Source: Trueperaceae bacterium (GTDB lineage Bacteria; Deinococcota; Deinococci; Deinococcales; Trueperaceae). From it: a stretch of DNA of 64,000 nt. A program made the translations under genes and the position numbers. The notes beneath the pieces are model-generated. The model did not search any database. It was not told where the DNA came from and saw only the letters and a list, made by a program, of their open reading frames with translations. The stretch covers positions 4,512,001 through 4,576,000 of the forward strand of contig OZ243927.1 of the NCBI GenBank assembly GCA_965213925.1. The letters run 5' to 3'. Shown one piece after another: positions 52,355 through 62,713 of the stretch (positions are counted from its first letter, which is position 1; the number at the start of each line of letters is the position of its first letter).

Positions 52355-53296
52355 TCACTGCGCACTTAACGCCTCCCGACCCTCTAATTCCGCCACCACG
52401 TTCCCCACACCCGCTCGAAACGACGGGTAACGCGGCTCCCAGCCCAAAACCGTCCTAGCTTTCTCATTCGAAACGCGAAACGACGTGGTGAGTGACGCGA
52501 CGACAGGACCGCCAATCATCAGCGCGATGAGCCAGGGCGGGATGTTGCCGACGCGCCCTCGCCCTGCCGCTTCGGTCAGCGCGTCTACCAATTCGCGCAG
52601 GCGGATAGGCTCGTCATCCACAATGTTGAAGTTTTCGCCGTAAGTCTCTGAGGAGAGGGCTTCGAGGAAGCTCTGCGCCAAATCGTCCACGTGAACCGTG
52701 CTCCAGAAGTTCTCCCCTGCGCCGAATACGCGGAGCTGATTCTTCGTCAAGGTGTCGTAAAACGAGGCTTTGAACAAGCCGCCGGGACCGTAGACGAATC
52801 CCGCCGTTAGAATGATGACTTTGAGGTTTTTTTGAGCGTGAAGGTCATCCAAGTAGCGCACCATCGCGGCGTGTCCTAAACCCATCGGCGAAGGCTTGAG
52901 CGGCGTCTCCTCTGTTATCCACTCGTCGCCGTGGTCACCGTAGCCGAAGCAGCCGTTGGTGTAAATCAGGCGTTTGTCATGCTCTAAACAAGCCTCCGCT
53001 AGTGCTGAAGTCATCACCTCGTCGGCGCGGTTAATCTGCGCGACTTTCTTTTGCGTCATACGCCCCGACACGCCGAGCTGTGCGGCTTGGACCACGGCGT
53101 CGACCTCTCCGACTAAAGAGGTGTAGGTGTTAGGCTCCAACATCTCCCCCACCGCCACTCGCATCCCCGCCTCTTGCAGCGGTTTCGCTTTAGTTTCATT
53201 TCTGACCAAGCCCGTCACGATATGCCCCGCATCTAAGAGGGCTTTGACGGTGGCGCTGCCCACGAACCCTGTTGCGCCTGTTACAAGTACGTGCAT
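52355..53296 (-). CDS. NAD-dependent epimerase/dehydratase family protein
   Basis: VTGATGFVG, VYGPG, VHVDDLA, LGWEP. Confidence 0.88.
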   Translation of the reverse strand: MHVLVTGATGFVGSATVKALLDAGHIVTGLVRNETKAKPLQEAGMRVAVGEMLEPNTYTSLVGEVDAVVQAAQLGVSGRMTQKKVAQINRADEVMTSALAEACLEHDKRLIYTNGCFGYGDHGDEWITEETPLKPSPMGLGHAAMVRYLDDLHAQKNLKVIILTAGFVYGPGGLFKASFYDTLTKNQLRVFGAGENFWSTVHVDDLAQSFLEALSSETYGENFNIVDDEPIRLRELVDALTEAAGRGRVGNIPPWLIALMIGGPVVASLTTSFRVSNEKARTVLGWEPRYPSFRAGVGNVVAELEGREALSAQ

Positions 53297-53362
53297 GAGA
53301 GACCTCCCGCTGTTCATATACCATGCAGAATTTATGGCGTTTTTGCTACACTGAGGCTCAGT

Positions 53363-53800
53363 ATGAACGACACCGAAATCATGAGGTCTCTCATCGCCTA
53401 TACGCGGACAAGAGCGTTAGATAGCAAGACCTTCACGGGCGCGTTCATCGTCAAGGGTGGCGACGTGATAGGGCGAGACATCACGACTATAGAGCCTGAC
53501 CAGAATCCGCTCGCGCACGCCGAGCTTAAAGCGGTGCAGGGTGCGATTGCGAGGTACGGTCCTGAGCTAAAAGGGTGCCGTCTCTACACGACACAGCGCC
53601 CGTGCCCGATGTGCGCCTCAGCCGTAGTTTGGAGCGGCATAAAGAGGGTGGTGTACGGCTGGGCACCCTCTGACTATCAGTGGGGGACACCTGGAAGAGC
53701 CCTGCAATTCTTCACCGAACTAGGTGTAGCATTGGCCGGTCCGATTTTAGAAGACGAGTGTCGAGCGATAGACGAGTACCTCACCAAAAATGGAATTTAA
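53363..53800 (+). CDS. Zinc-dependent nucleoside deaminase (TadA/guanine deaminase-like)
   Basis: AHAE and PCPMC motifs. Confidence 0.85.
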   Translation: MNDTEIMRSLIAYTRTRALDSKTFTGAFIVKGGDVIGRDITTIEPDQNPLAHAELKAVQGAIARYGPELKGCRLYTTQRPCPMCASAVVWSGIKRVVYGWAPSDYQWGTPGRALQFFTELGVALAGPILEDECRAIDEYLTKNGI

Positions 53801-53831
53801 GACGCTATATCCTCGAGCCTTCTTCTCAACC

Positions 53832-55046
53832 TCAATCCAGCGTCACCTGGTCAAGCTCCTGCTGCCGCGCCGCCTCACGCTCGAGCTGCTCATCACTCTT
53901 GAGCCACTGCGCTAGCCACGTCGTTATAGGGTCATAGTAGCGAAACACCACGCTGCCGATCATCACCATGACGATGACGTAGAGCGAGGTCATCCCGTTA
54001 AGCGCTGCTCTAGTTTCCTCTGGCAACATCGTTACGCCGCCCGCTAGCCCCACAATCACGAGCGAAAACTCACCCCTGGGCAAGAGCATGAGCCCGTGCC
54101 CGAGGCTGCCGCGCTGACTCAGACCGCTCAGCCGACCTGAGACGTAAGCCGTGAACATATTGACGACGATCGTAACGGCGACCAAAAGGAGCGCGGCGGG
54201 CAGTTGATTAAGAGCGCTCACGACGTTTACGTGCAAACCGAAGTCGAGGAAAAAGGCGGCGGCGGCGACGTCGTACCAGGGGTAGAGGGTCTCTTCTAAA
54301 CGGTCTTTGAAGGGCGAGTCGGCGATGAGCATTCCTAAAAGAAAGGCGGCGACCGCTTCGGGGAAGCCTAAGCTTTTCGCGCCGATGGAAAAGAGCACGA
54401 CCAGCGCGAGCGCTAAGAGCACCAAAGATTCCCCTTCACGACTGAAAAGTCGTTCCAGAACTGGACGCCCGAAGCGCAGCAGCAAGAGGTAGAGTACGAG
54501 AAAGACGCCGACACCTGCAAAATCCGCGAGCCCGCCGCCCGCCGTGATGAGCCCCAAACCGCCCAAAATCACGACCATCGCCAGGTCTTCAAACACCAGC
54601 ACACCCAGCGTGCGTTCCGCCTCGGGGTAGGCGATGAGGTTGCGTTCGGCTAAAAGTTTGGCGATAACACCGGAGGACGAGATGTAGACGATACCGCCCA
54701 AAAAGAGCGCCGCCAACCAGCCGAAGCCGAAGAGCATCCCGAGCAAAAAGCCCGCCGCGAAGTTGAGCAGGTCTACGCTGCCCGCGAGCGACATCGACCG
54801 GCCGCCCTCCAAAAAGCGGGGCAAGGAGAACTCGAGCCCCATGTAAAAGAGCAGCAAGATAATCCCGAGTTCTGCAAACATCGCCGTGATTTCCGTTGTT
54901 TCGTAGAGTGTCACCACGCCGTAAGGGCCCAGCAGCAGCCCGAGCACGATATACCCGACGATGCTGGATAAGCCGATCTTCTGGCTTATCCAGTGCGCGG
55001 CGTAGAGCCCCACCACGATGAAACCTAGCTCTAAAATAGGGGTCAA
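53832..55046 (-). CDS. CPA2 cation:proton antiporter (KhtU-like)
   Basis: LLFYMGLEFS, ISSSGVI, LVFEDL, PRGEFS. Confidence 0.9.
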   Translation of the reverse strand: MTPILELGFIVVGLYAAHWISQKIGLSSIVGYIVLGLLLGPYGVVTLYETTEITAMFAELGIILLLFYMGLEFSLPRFLEGGRSMSLAGSVDLLNFAAGFLLGMLFGFGWLAALFLGGIVYISSSGVIAKLLAERNLIAYPEAERTLGVLVFEDLAMVVILGGLGLITAGGGLADFAGVGVFLVLYLLLLRFGRPVLERLFSREGESLVLLALALVVLFSIGAKSLGFPEAVAAFLLGMLIADSPFKDRLEETLYPWYDVAAAAFFLDFGLHVNVVSALNQLPAALLLVAVTIVVNMFTAYVSGRLSGLSQRGSLGHGLMLLPRGEFSLVIVGLAGGVTMLPEETRAALNGMTSLYVIVMVMIGSVVFRYYDPITTWLAQWLKSDEQLEREAARQQELDQVTLD

Positions 55047-55086
55047 AGGAACCTCTTTTCAGTCTTCACGAAAGAAGGGCGCTGCA

Positions 55087-55117
55087 CCTCTTCCGACTCC
55101 AAACGTCGGAAGAGGTC
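55087..55117. other. Intercistronic hairpin
   Basis: ACCTCTTCCGAC/GTCGGAAGAGGT 12-bp stem. Confidence 0.5.
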
Positions 55118-55171
55118 AACGCGATCTTCGGATTCAATCTCTGTGACGAGACTCAGACTAACGCGGGTTGG

Positions 55172-55681
55172 CTACTCGCTCTCGATAAGCTCTCTGGCGG
55201 CGGCAGTCTGGGCGTGCGAACCGATGAGGAGCACAGTGTCGTGCGTCTGAAACTCGGTATCAACATCCGGGTTGGGGATAGCCTGTTCGCTCCTCATAAT
55301 GGCGACGATGGACGCGCCCGTTTCGGTGCGGAGCGGAAAGTTGTTGAGCGTACGCCCGACCAGCGGTGAGCTTTCCTTGAGTTCGACCCACTCGATCTCC
55401 ATCTCGCCCAGGGCGAGTTCTAACTTCTCCAAGTCGGGCGCGGTGACCATCGGCCTGCCTAAGAGGTTGGAAATTTGCTGCGCCTCTTCGTCGTCCACTT
55501 TGATGACGTCGCAGGGACGGTCCTCGTCCTCTAAAAAGTGATACATCTGCCGCTCGCCGTCCGGCTTGACGATGACCGCCAGGTTGCCGCCCGTGCGCAG
55601 GGGCATGACGTACTTTTTGCCGACGCCGGGCAGGGTGGCTTCGCGGATATGAATGTCTTCTTGGGTGGTGACTTTTGCCAT
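55172..55681 (-). CDS. KhtT-like antiporter regulatory subunit (RCK_C)
   Basis: EATLPGVGKKY, TGASIVAI, PNP. Confidence 0.9.
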   Translation of the reverse strand: MAKVTTQEDIHIREATLPGVGKKYVMPLRTGGNLAVIVKPDGERQMYHFLEDEDRPCDVIKVDDEEAQQISNLLGRPMVTAPDLEKLELALGEMEIEWVELKESSPLVGRTLNNFPLRTETGASIVAIMRSEQAIPNPDVDTEFQTHDTVLLIGSHAQTAAARELIESE

Positions 55682-55738
55682 AGGTCTATTGTAGAGGTTC
55701 TGAAGCGGTGAGACCTCATATCCGACTTACAGAGAAGC

Positions 55739-55797
55739 AGCAATGAGTTCCGAGCAATGAGCAATGAGTGAAAATCAAAGACCTTTACTCATTGCTC
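55739..55797. repeat. AGCAATG tandem/inverted repeat
   Basis: AGCAATGAG x3, then TACTCATTGCTC; same family as 32895-32932. Confidence 0.65.
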
Positions 55798-55959
55798 GCC
55801 GTTCGCCCAGCTTGACTGGGTTGCTTTCAACTCTCCTCGCTTTCAACTGCCTCAATCTCCCCCATGTGCGCAGCGTCACGTCCTGGGTAAAAAACTTTAC
55901 TTATCCCAGGTGAAGTTTTCCGGTTAAACGTTACTAGACTCCGTGCTACATTGCCCATT

Positions 55960-56466
55960 ATGCTGTTAAGACCCAACTTTATCGTCAACGAGGTCTCCGA
56001 GGTGACCCCTGGATTCCTGCGCGAGCGGGGTATAAGGGCGGTGATGGTCGACTTAGATGACACCCTGATCGCCTCGAGCGCCTCAACTTTAGACCCCGCT
56101 TTCTCCTCTTGGTTAAATACCCTCAAAGCGGCGCGTCTGCCTGTCCTTATTTTAAGCAACGGCTCTCGTGCGCGCGTCGCGCAGTGGTCGAAAGACTTGG
56201 GGGTGTTGGGTCTCTCCTTAGTTGGCAAGCCCTTCGCGTTCGCCTTTCAGCGTGGGCTGAGGCGCTTAGGTAGCAAAGCGAGCGAGACGGTGATGATCGG
56301 CGATCAGCTTTTTACCGACATTTTGGGGGCGAACTTGGCGGGCATGACCTCGATCTTGGTCACGCCGCTCTCTCCCGGCAAGCTTTTGCACACAAGGCTA
56401 CTGCGGCACCTAGAAGCGCGCATTTTGAGAGGAGGCGACCGTGGCGGTTCTATCGATCGGCGATAA
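55960..56466 (+). CDS. YqeG-family HAD IIIA phosphatase
   Basis: DLDDTL, LSN, KP, IGDQLFTDILGA; leaderless TACATT. Confidence 0.9.
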   Translation: MLLRPNFIVNEVSEVTPGFLRERGIRAVMVDLDDTLIASSASTLDPAFSSWLNTLKAARLPVLILSNGSRARVAQWSKDLGVLGLSLVGKPFAFAFQRGLRRLGSKASETVMIGDQLFTDILGANLAGMTSILVTPLSPGKLLHTRLLRHLEARILRGGDRGGSIDRR

Positions 56467-59098
56467 GCGCTTGGGCGCAGTGCTCCTAGACCGGGGCTAC
56501 GTCAGCGACGACAACTTGCAAGACGCCATCGGGCGGCACGCGGAGGTGGGCGGGCGGCTCTCCGACATTTTGGTTAATATTGGCGTCATCTCCGAGCAGC
56601 GCATCGCGCGGGCAATCGAAGAAGCCATCGGCATCCCGCTCGTGGCGCTCCCTCGCATCGATATCTCGGCGGAGGCACTTGCAAAAGTTCCTGCGGACTT
56701 GGCGCAGGAGATGGGCGCGGTCCCTTTTGGGTTGGAGGGCAACCGCTTGCGCGTCGCCTTCGCCGACCCCTTGGACGCCCTGTCCATCGAAGAGGTCGAG
56801 GACGAGTCGGACTGTATCGTCGAGCCGTATAAAGCGCTCAGTAAGGAGCTTGCTTGGGCGCTCGCGACCTACTATCCCGAACTCGGGCTGACGCCGCCCG
56901 CCGACATGGGCAGCGACCCTGGGCAGCGTATGGGCAACTTGGCGCTCGAGCAAGGTCTCATCACCGAAGACCAGCTTAAAGAGGCGAATGAGAAGCAGAC
57001 CCGCACGGGCGGTCTCTTGGGGCGCATCTTGGTCGAGATGGGCGCACTGAGCGAGCCTCTACTCGCCCAACTGTTAGCGCAGCAGGCGGGCGTTCCGTAC
57101 GCGGATACCCTGGACGACACCGAGATAAGCGAGAAGCTCTCCTCCTACCTCTTGCGTTTGGACGCGCTGCAGTTCAACGCCGTCCCGTATAAAGACGAGG
57201 GCGATCACCTCGTTATCGCCTTAGCCGACCCGCGCAAGATCGGCGACATCGAAGCCATCATCCAGAAGCCGCTCCAGTTCGTCTGCGCCCCGCAGACGGA
57301 GGTGCAAAACCTCATCGATCTGCTCTACGCGGGCGACAAGGGGCGCTTAGGCGAAACGCTCTTGCAGAACAACAAGATCAAGCGCGAGCAGCTCCGCAAG
57401 GCGTTGGAGGAGCAGAACAAGCTCGGGCGGGTCAAGCCCTTGGGCGAAATCCTGACTGACCTAGGCTACGTCGACCAGGACGACGTGGACAGCGCGCTGA
57501 GCCGTCAACGCGCTGGCGGCGGACGCTTGGAAGACACGCTCGTCCAGTCCGGCAAGATCAGCCCGGAGATGCTCGCCCGCAGTTTGGCGATGCAGCTCGG
57601 CTACGAGTTTATCGAAGAGAATAACGTCCAGGTGGACCCTTACGCGGTCACGCTTATCCCCGAAGGCACCATCCGGCGCTACACCGTGATGCCGATTTCC
57701 GTCGAGGGCAGCACGCTAACTGTCGCTATGAAAGACCCGCGTCACGTCTTCGCGCTGGACGACATCAAGCTAATTACGGGTAAAGAGATTCGGCCCGCCG
57801 TCGCCACCGAAGAGACCTTAACTGCGCTCATCAACCGCTTCTACCGCGGCGGCGACGACATGGACGAACTCGCCAAGGCGGTCATGGAAGAGGTCGGCTC
57901 GCAGCAAGACGTCGAAGAGTCGGACAGCGGCATTGACGACAACGCGCTCGTCAAGGTCGTGAATAATATCATCCGCGAGTCGGTCTTAAATGACATCTCG
58001 GATATCCACATCGAGCCGCGCCCGACCGAAGTGATTATCCGCGTGCGCAAAGACGGGTCGCTGCGCGAATACATGACCATGCCTAAAGCCACCGCGGGCG
58101 CGATGGCGGCACGCATCAAGATTATGGGCGGGCTCAATATCGCCGAGCGGCGCGTGCCGCAAGACGGGCGTGTACGCTTCAAGGATAAGACGATGGAGGT
58201 CGACCTCCGACTTTCGACGCTGCCGACCGTTTACGGCGAAAAGTCGGTCATGCGTATTCTGAAAAAAGCCTCCTCGATCCCCGAAATCGAGCAGTTAGGC
58301 TTTGCGGAGTACAACTTCACGCGCTTTAGCGACGTGATCCAGAAGCCTTACGGCATCTTCCTCATCACCGGACCCACGGGCTCAGGTAAGTCGTTCTCGA
58401 CCTTCTCGATTCTAAAGCGCATCGCCGTACCCGAAGTGAACGTCACGACGGTCGAAGACCCGGTGGAATACGAAATCCCCGGCATCAACCAGACGCAGGT
58501 CAACAACAAAGCCGGTTTGACCTTCGCCTCGGCGCTCCGCTCCTTCTTGCGTCAAGACCCGGACGTCATCATGATCGGTGAGATTCGCGACACGGAAACG
58601 GCGAAAATCGCGGTCGAAGCCGCCCTAACGGGTCACCTGGTCATCGCCACCTTGCACACGAACGACGCGGCTGGAGCCGTTACACGACTCGAGGAGATGG
58701 GCGTCGAGCCCTTCAACATCTCGGCGGCGCTTCTAGGCGTGCTCGCGCAGAGGCTCGTGCGCAAAGCCTGCAAGGACTGCCGCGTCGAGTACACGCCCGA
58801 CCCGGAAGTGCTGCGGCGCATGGGCATGACCGAGAGCGAGATCAAAGGGCAGAAGCTCTTCCGGGGCGTCGGCTGCGAGAAGTGTAGCGGCAGCGGCTAC
58901 AACGGACGCGCCGCGATTCACGAACTGTTGACCGTCGAGCCGCAGGTTGAAGCGGCGATCGTGCAGGGCAAGTCGTCCTCAGAAATCAAGGACATCGCGG
59001 TAGAAATCGGCATGAAGACCCTGCGCGACGACGGCATCTACAAGGCGTTTCAGGGGATTACGACGCTCGAGGAAGTCTTAGCCCGCACAACCGATTAG
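56441..59098 (+). CDS. pilB: Type IV pilus extension ATPase, Thermus PilF type with three GSPII/MshEN units
   Basis: Repeated RLG/LLG motifs, GPTGSGKS, LRQDPD, CxxC..CxxC. Confidence 0.95.
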   Translation: MAVLSIGDKRLGAVLLDRGYVSDDNLQDAIGRHAEVGGRLSDILVNIGVISEQRIARAIEEAIGIPLVALPRIDISAEALAKVPADLAQEMGAVPFGLEGNRLRVAFADPLDALSIEEVEDESDCIVEPYKALSKELAWALATYYPELGLTPPADMGSDPGQRMGNLALEQGLITEDQLKEANEKQTRTGGLLGRILVEMGALSEPLLAQLLAQQAGVPYADTLDDTEISEKLSSYLLRLDALQFNAVPYKDEGDHLVIALADPRKIGDIEAIIQKPLQFVCAPQTEVQNLIDLLYAGDKGRLGETLLQNNKIKREQLRKALEEQNKLGRVKPLGEILTDLGYVDQDDVDSALSRQRAGGGRLEDTLVQSGKISPEMLARSLAMQLGYEFIEENNVQVDPYAVTLIPEGTIRRYTVMPISVEGSTLTVAMKDPRHVFALDDIKLITGKEIRPAVATEETLTALINRFYRGGDDMDELAKAVMEEVGSQQDVEESDSGIDDNALVKVVNNIIRESVLNDISDIHIEPRPTEVIIRVRKDGSLREYMTMPKATAGAMAARIKIMGGLNIAERRVPQDGRVRFKDKTMEVDLRLSTLPTVYGEKSVMRILKKASSIPEIEQLGFAEYNFTRFSDVIQKPYGIFLITGPTGSGKSFSTFSILKRIAVPEVNVTTVEDPVEYEIPGINQTQVNNKAGLTFASALRSFLRQDPDVIMIGEIRDTETAKIAVEAALTGHLVIATLHTNDAAGAVTRLEEMGVEPFNISAALLGVLAQRLVRKACKDCRVEYTPDPEVLRRMGMTESEIKGQKLFRGVGCEKCSGSGYNGRAAIHELLTVEPQVEAAIVQGKSSSEIKDIAVEIGMKTLRDDGIYKAFQGITTLEEVLARTTD

Positions 59099-59187
59099 AC
59101 GGTGTACCACGTTTTGTGCGTAGCGACGCATGAACTCCTCCGAGGAAAGCGGTTCAGCATCAGTGGAGGCACAAAACGGGACACCTT
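59098..59187. repeat. ~90-nt structured element, copy 2
   Basis: Same termini as 49022-49110; stem CGTTTTGTGC/GCACAAAACG. Confidence 0.7.
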
Positions 59188-59222
59188 ATTGGACCTAGCC
59201 AAACTAAATCCAGAGGAGTATC

Positions 59223-60452
59223 ATGGCAGACCAGCTTAAAAGCACCCAAATCCAAGCCGACATCGTCGACCTCTTGCGTCTTTCGATGGACCGGGGCGCG
59301 TCGGACCTGATTATTACGAACGGGCTCCCGCCGATGCTCCGGCTCGACGGTGAGTGGCAACCGACCGAATACGACCCCCTAGACCCCAACATGACGCGCC
59401 GCCTGATGTACTCGATGATGGACGAGAAGAAGCAGCGTAACTTCGAGGAGAACCGCGAGCTGGACTTCTCCTTCGCCCTCTCCGGTTACGGCCGCTTCCG
59501 CGTCAACGTCTTTTTCCAGCGCGGCGCGGTCGGCGGCGTTTTGCGGATGATCAGCGAGGAGATTCTCAGCTTCGAATTCATGGGCTTGCCGCAGGTCGTC
59601 GCGGACGTCGCCAAGCAGCCGCGCGGCTTGGTGCTCGTAACAGGTCCGACGGGCTCGGGTAAGTCCACCACATTGGCGGCGATGATCGACAAGATCAACA
59701 GCGATTTCGCCAAGCACATCGTCACGATTGAAGACCCCGTCGAGTTTTTTCACACGCATAAGCGCTCGGTCGTCAATCAGCGCGAGATCGGTGAGGATAC
59801 CAAAGGCTTCGACAAGGCGCTCAAGTCGGTCTTGCGTCAAGCGCCCGACGTCATCTTGGTCGGCGAGATGCGCGACCACGAGACGATCGGCGCAGCGGTC
59901 ACGGCGGCGGAAACGGGTCACTTGGTGATGGGGACGCTCCACACCAACTCCGCCCCCGAAGCGGTGGACCGCATCATCGACGTCTTCCCCGAAGCGCAGC
60001 AAGAGCAGGTGCGCGTGCAGCTCGCGAACAACCTGCAGGCTATCTTGACGCAGCAGCTCGTCCCTAAGCAGGGCGGCGGACGCGCGCTCGCGTATGAATT
60101 TATGATCGGCACGCCCGCCATTCGCAACCTCATCCGCGAGGGAAAAACTCACCAGATTCTCTCCGCAATCCAGATGGGCGGGCGCGAAGGCATGATCACG
60201 ATGGACGCCTGCCTAGCCGAGATGCACCTTAGCCGCAAGATTTCTTACGACGTCGGCCTCTCGCGCTCGGTCGACTCTAAGGAGTTCGCCCGCCTAGTCG
60301 AGTCGGGCGGCGCGGGTGGCGGTGCAGCGAATGGTGCGGTAAATGGCGCAGTGGGCGGCTCGCCCGCTCAGACGCAGCCGGGCGGCGCACGTCCGCAGGG
60401 AGCCGCGCCCGCAGGCTCGATGTCGTTTGGCAGAGGGGGGCGCGGAACGTAG
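59223..60452 (+). CDS. pilT: Type IV pilus retraction ATPase
   Basis: GPTGSGKST, IEDPVE, TGHLV..TLH, AIRNLIRE. Confidence 0.96.
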   Translation: MADQLKSTQIQADIVDLLRLSMDRGASDLIITNGLPPMLRLDGEWQPTEYDPLDPNMTRRLMYSMMDEKKQRNFEENRELDFSFALSGYGRFRVNVFFQRGAVGGVLRMISEEILSFEFMGLPQVVADVAKQPRGLVLVTGPTGSGKSTTLAAMIDKINSDFAKHIVTIEDPVEFFHTHKRSVVNQREIGEDTKGFDKALKSVLRQAPDVILVGEMRDHETIGAAVTAAETGHLVMGTLHTNSAPEAVDRIIDVFPEAQQEQVRVQLANNLQAILTQQLVPKQGGGRALAYEFMIGTPAIRNLIREGKTHQILSAIQMGGREGMITMDACLAEMHLSRKISYDVGLSRSVDSKEFARLVESGGAGGGAANGAVNGAVGGSPAQTQPGGARPQGAAPAGSMSFGRGGRGT

Positions 60453-60496
60453 TTTTTATTAGCGACAAATCACCTCACCAGTTTGATTTGCCTTTG

Positions 60497-60542
60497 AACT
60501 CAGATAGCGGCAGGTACCTCACCTGCCGCTATCTGAGTTTTC
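60497..60542 (+). terminator. Rho-independent terminator
   Basis: 19-bp perfect stem followed by a T run. Confidence 0.8.
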
Positions 60543-60603
60543 TGGTTTGTTCGCTCATCGGTTCTCGGTTGCACCTTTAAGCGCACAGGATATATAGCGG
60601 TTA

Positions 60604-60636
60604 TCAGGCGAAGCCTAGCGGAACGGCTTCGCCTGA
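60604..60636. other. Hairpin upstream of the peptide ABC operon
   Basis: TCAGGCGAAGCC/GGCTTCGCCTGA. Confidence 0.45.
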
Positions 60637-60776
60637 GAGCGGAACTTCATCACTTAGAGTGCGTGATAGTTACGCAAGTTTGCTGCCTAGCAACAGCGTT
60701 TTCAAAGTGAGCGTGTAGCTGACTAGATGATACCTGCTATATTGAAGCTCAGCACACGCTTTTAGGAGGTTGACCT

Positions 60777-62288
60777 ATGCATTTCTCCCGCTATTTCACC
60801 GTTCTACTCCTCATGTTCGGGCTGAGTTTGGGTGCAGCGCAAACGCTCACCGTCGCGCAAGGGGTGGACGCCACCACGCTTGACCCCAACGACCAAGAGG
60901 AAACGCCCACGCAAAACATCGTCTCCAACATCTTCGACCCGCTCTTGTGGCGCGCGGCGGACGGCTCTATCGAGCCCTGGCTAGCGACCTCAGTCGAGGC
61001 GGTGGACGACACAACTTGGGAGATCACCCTCCGCGACGACGTGACCTTCCATAACGGTGAAGCGCTCACAGCGGAGGTCGTCGCCTGGAACATCGAACGC
61101 GCCCTGTCAGAAGAGACGCCGATTCGCTTCAAATCGAACTTTGACTCCATCACGGGCGTCGAGGTGGTGGACAACACGGTGGTGAGGGTCACGACGGACG
61201 TACCCTTCCCCGTTTTTCCCACGCACCTCACGCGCTTTTTCATGGTCTCGCAGCAGAACTACGAGGAGAACGGCGCGGCATTTGCAGCGGAGAACCCGGT
61301 GGGGACAGGACCGTATGAGTTCGTGCGTTGGCAGCGCGACCAGCGGCTCGAGCTGTCCGCCTATCAAGACTACTGGCAAGGTCCGGCGAGCATCCCCACA
61401 GTCGTCTTCCGCCCCATCCCCGAGACCAGCTCGCGCATCACCGAACTTGTCACGGGCGGCGTGGACATCGCCACAAACGTCTCGCCCGAGGCGATACCTC
61501 TCATCGAGGGCAGCGGCCAAGCGGAGGTGCGCACCGTCCAGTCGATTCGTAACATCTTCGTGATTTTCACTGCGCAAGAGGGTCCTTTAGCTGACCCGCG
61601 CGTGCGCGAAGCCCTCAACTTAGCCGTGGATGTAGACCAGATCATTACCACGATTTTTGACGGCAACGCGACGCCCACCGCCACGCCTCTCAACAACTTC
61701 ATGTTCGGTTACACCCCCGAGTTAGATAGCCGCGAATACGACCCTGAAAGGGCGCAGCAACTCCTAGCCGAAGCGGGCTACCCCGACGGCTTCTCCTTCT
61801 CGATGGGTAGCCCCGACGGGCGCTACCTCAGCGACCGCCTGGTTGCCGAAGCGGTTGTGGGGCAACTTCGCGAGGTCGGCGTAGAGGTCGACTTGCGCGT
61901 GCAGGAGTGGAGTTCGTATGTCGGGCAGATTTTGGAGCGGCAAGTGCCGACCGACGCCTACCTCATCGGCTGGGGCAACTCGAACTTCGACGCGGACCGC
62001 ACGCTCTTCACGCTCCTTTACAGCGGCACAGTCGAAGGTGGTCCTGAACAGTCTGCGTTTGACTACTGGCAGAACGAGACCTTCGACCAACTCGTCCTAG
62101 ACGCCCGCTCGACGGTGGATGAGGCTGAGCGCCAAGCGCTTTACCGCGAAGCCGTAGCGCTCACTACCGAGGAATACCCCTGGCTTTTCTTGTACCAACA
62201 GGGCGACGTGTATGGCGTCAGCACCGAGCTGAACTGGGAGCCGCGCTCAAACGAGCTGATTTGGGCGTACAGCGCGAGCTTTGAGTGA
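60777..62288 (+). CDS. Peptide/nickel ABC substrate-binding protein (family 5)
   Basis: Signal peptide, LDP, TFHNG, PVGTGPY, DPRVREAL; AGGAGG RBS. Confidence 0.93.
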   Translation: MHFSRYFTVLLLMFGLSLGAAQTLTVAQGVDATTLDPNDQEETPTQNIVSNIFDPLLWRAADGSIEPWLATSVEAVDDTTWEITLRDDVTFHNGEALTAEVVAWNIERALSEETPIRFKSNFDSITGVEVVDNTVVRVTTDVPFPVFPTHLTRFFMVSQQNYEENGAAFAAENPVGTGPYEFVRWQRDQRLELSAYQDYWQGPASIPTVVFRPIPETSSRITELVTGGVDIATNVSPEAIPLIEGSGQAEVRTVQSIRNIFVIFTAQEGPLADPRVREALNLAVDVDQIITTIFDGNATPTATPLNNFMFGYTPELDSREYDPERAQQLLAEAGYPDGFSFSMGSPDGRYLSDRLVAEAVVGQLREVGVEVDLRVQEWSSYVGQILERQVPTDAYLIGWGNSNFDADRTLFTLLYSGTVEGGPEQSAFDYWQNETFDQLVLDARSTVDEAERQALYREAVALTTEEYPWLFLYQQGDVYGVSTELNWEPRSNELIWAYSASFE

Positions 62289-62491
62289 GGATTAGGTAGA
62301 GTATTGATTCATAGTGGCGACCTCTTCTCACTCGAGAAGAGGTCATTGTTTACCAACCCACGTGCTTCTTTTGGACGTATTCAAACTAGTGATGGCTTCG
62401 CACTTGTCCGAGCAAAAAACAAGAAAGAGGTGAACAGCGTGCTGCGAAAGGGGTTAGTACACTGTCAACTAAATTTTGCGATATCTGCGAA

Positions 62492-62595
62492 TGTCACCCC
62501 GAGCCGCGTCGAGGGGTCTCGCTTCGCATTCTCAGCTAGACAAGGAGGCAAATGCAGAGATTCTTTCTCTTCGCTGCGCTACGCTCAGAATGACA
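62492..62595. repeat. REP-like palindromic repeat
   Basis: TGTCACCCCGAG...GGGTCTC ... GAGATTCT...CGCTCAGAATGACA. Confidence 0.7.
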
Positions 62596-62713
62596 AAATT
62601 CATTCTTCATCTAACGCTATAGTTAGCCTTGATACAAAATTCGGCAAGACATACGTTGACTTTTGCCGCGACCTCTTTGCCAGGGCTCGAGCCCACAACC
62701 TAACACCAATATT

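Noticed and set aside
59098..59222. c-di-GMP riboswitch upstream of pilT
   Set aside because: Consensus motifs are absent; better explained by the two-copy element.
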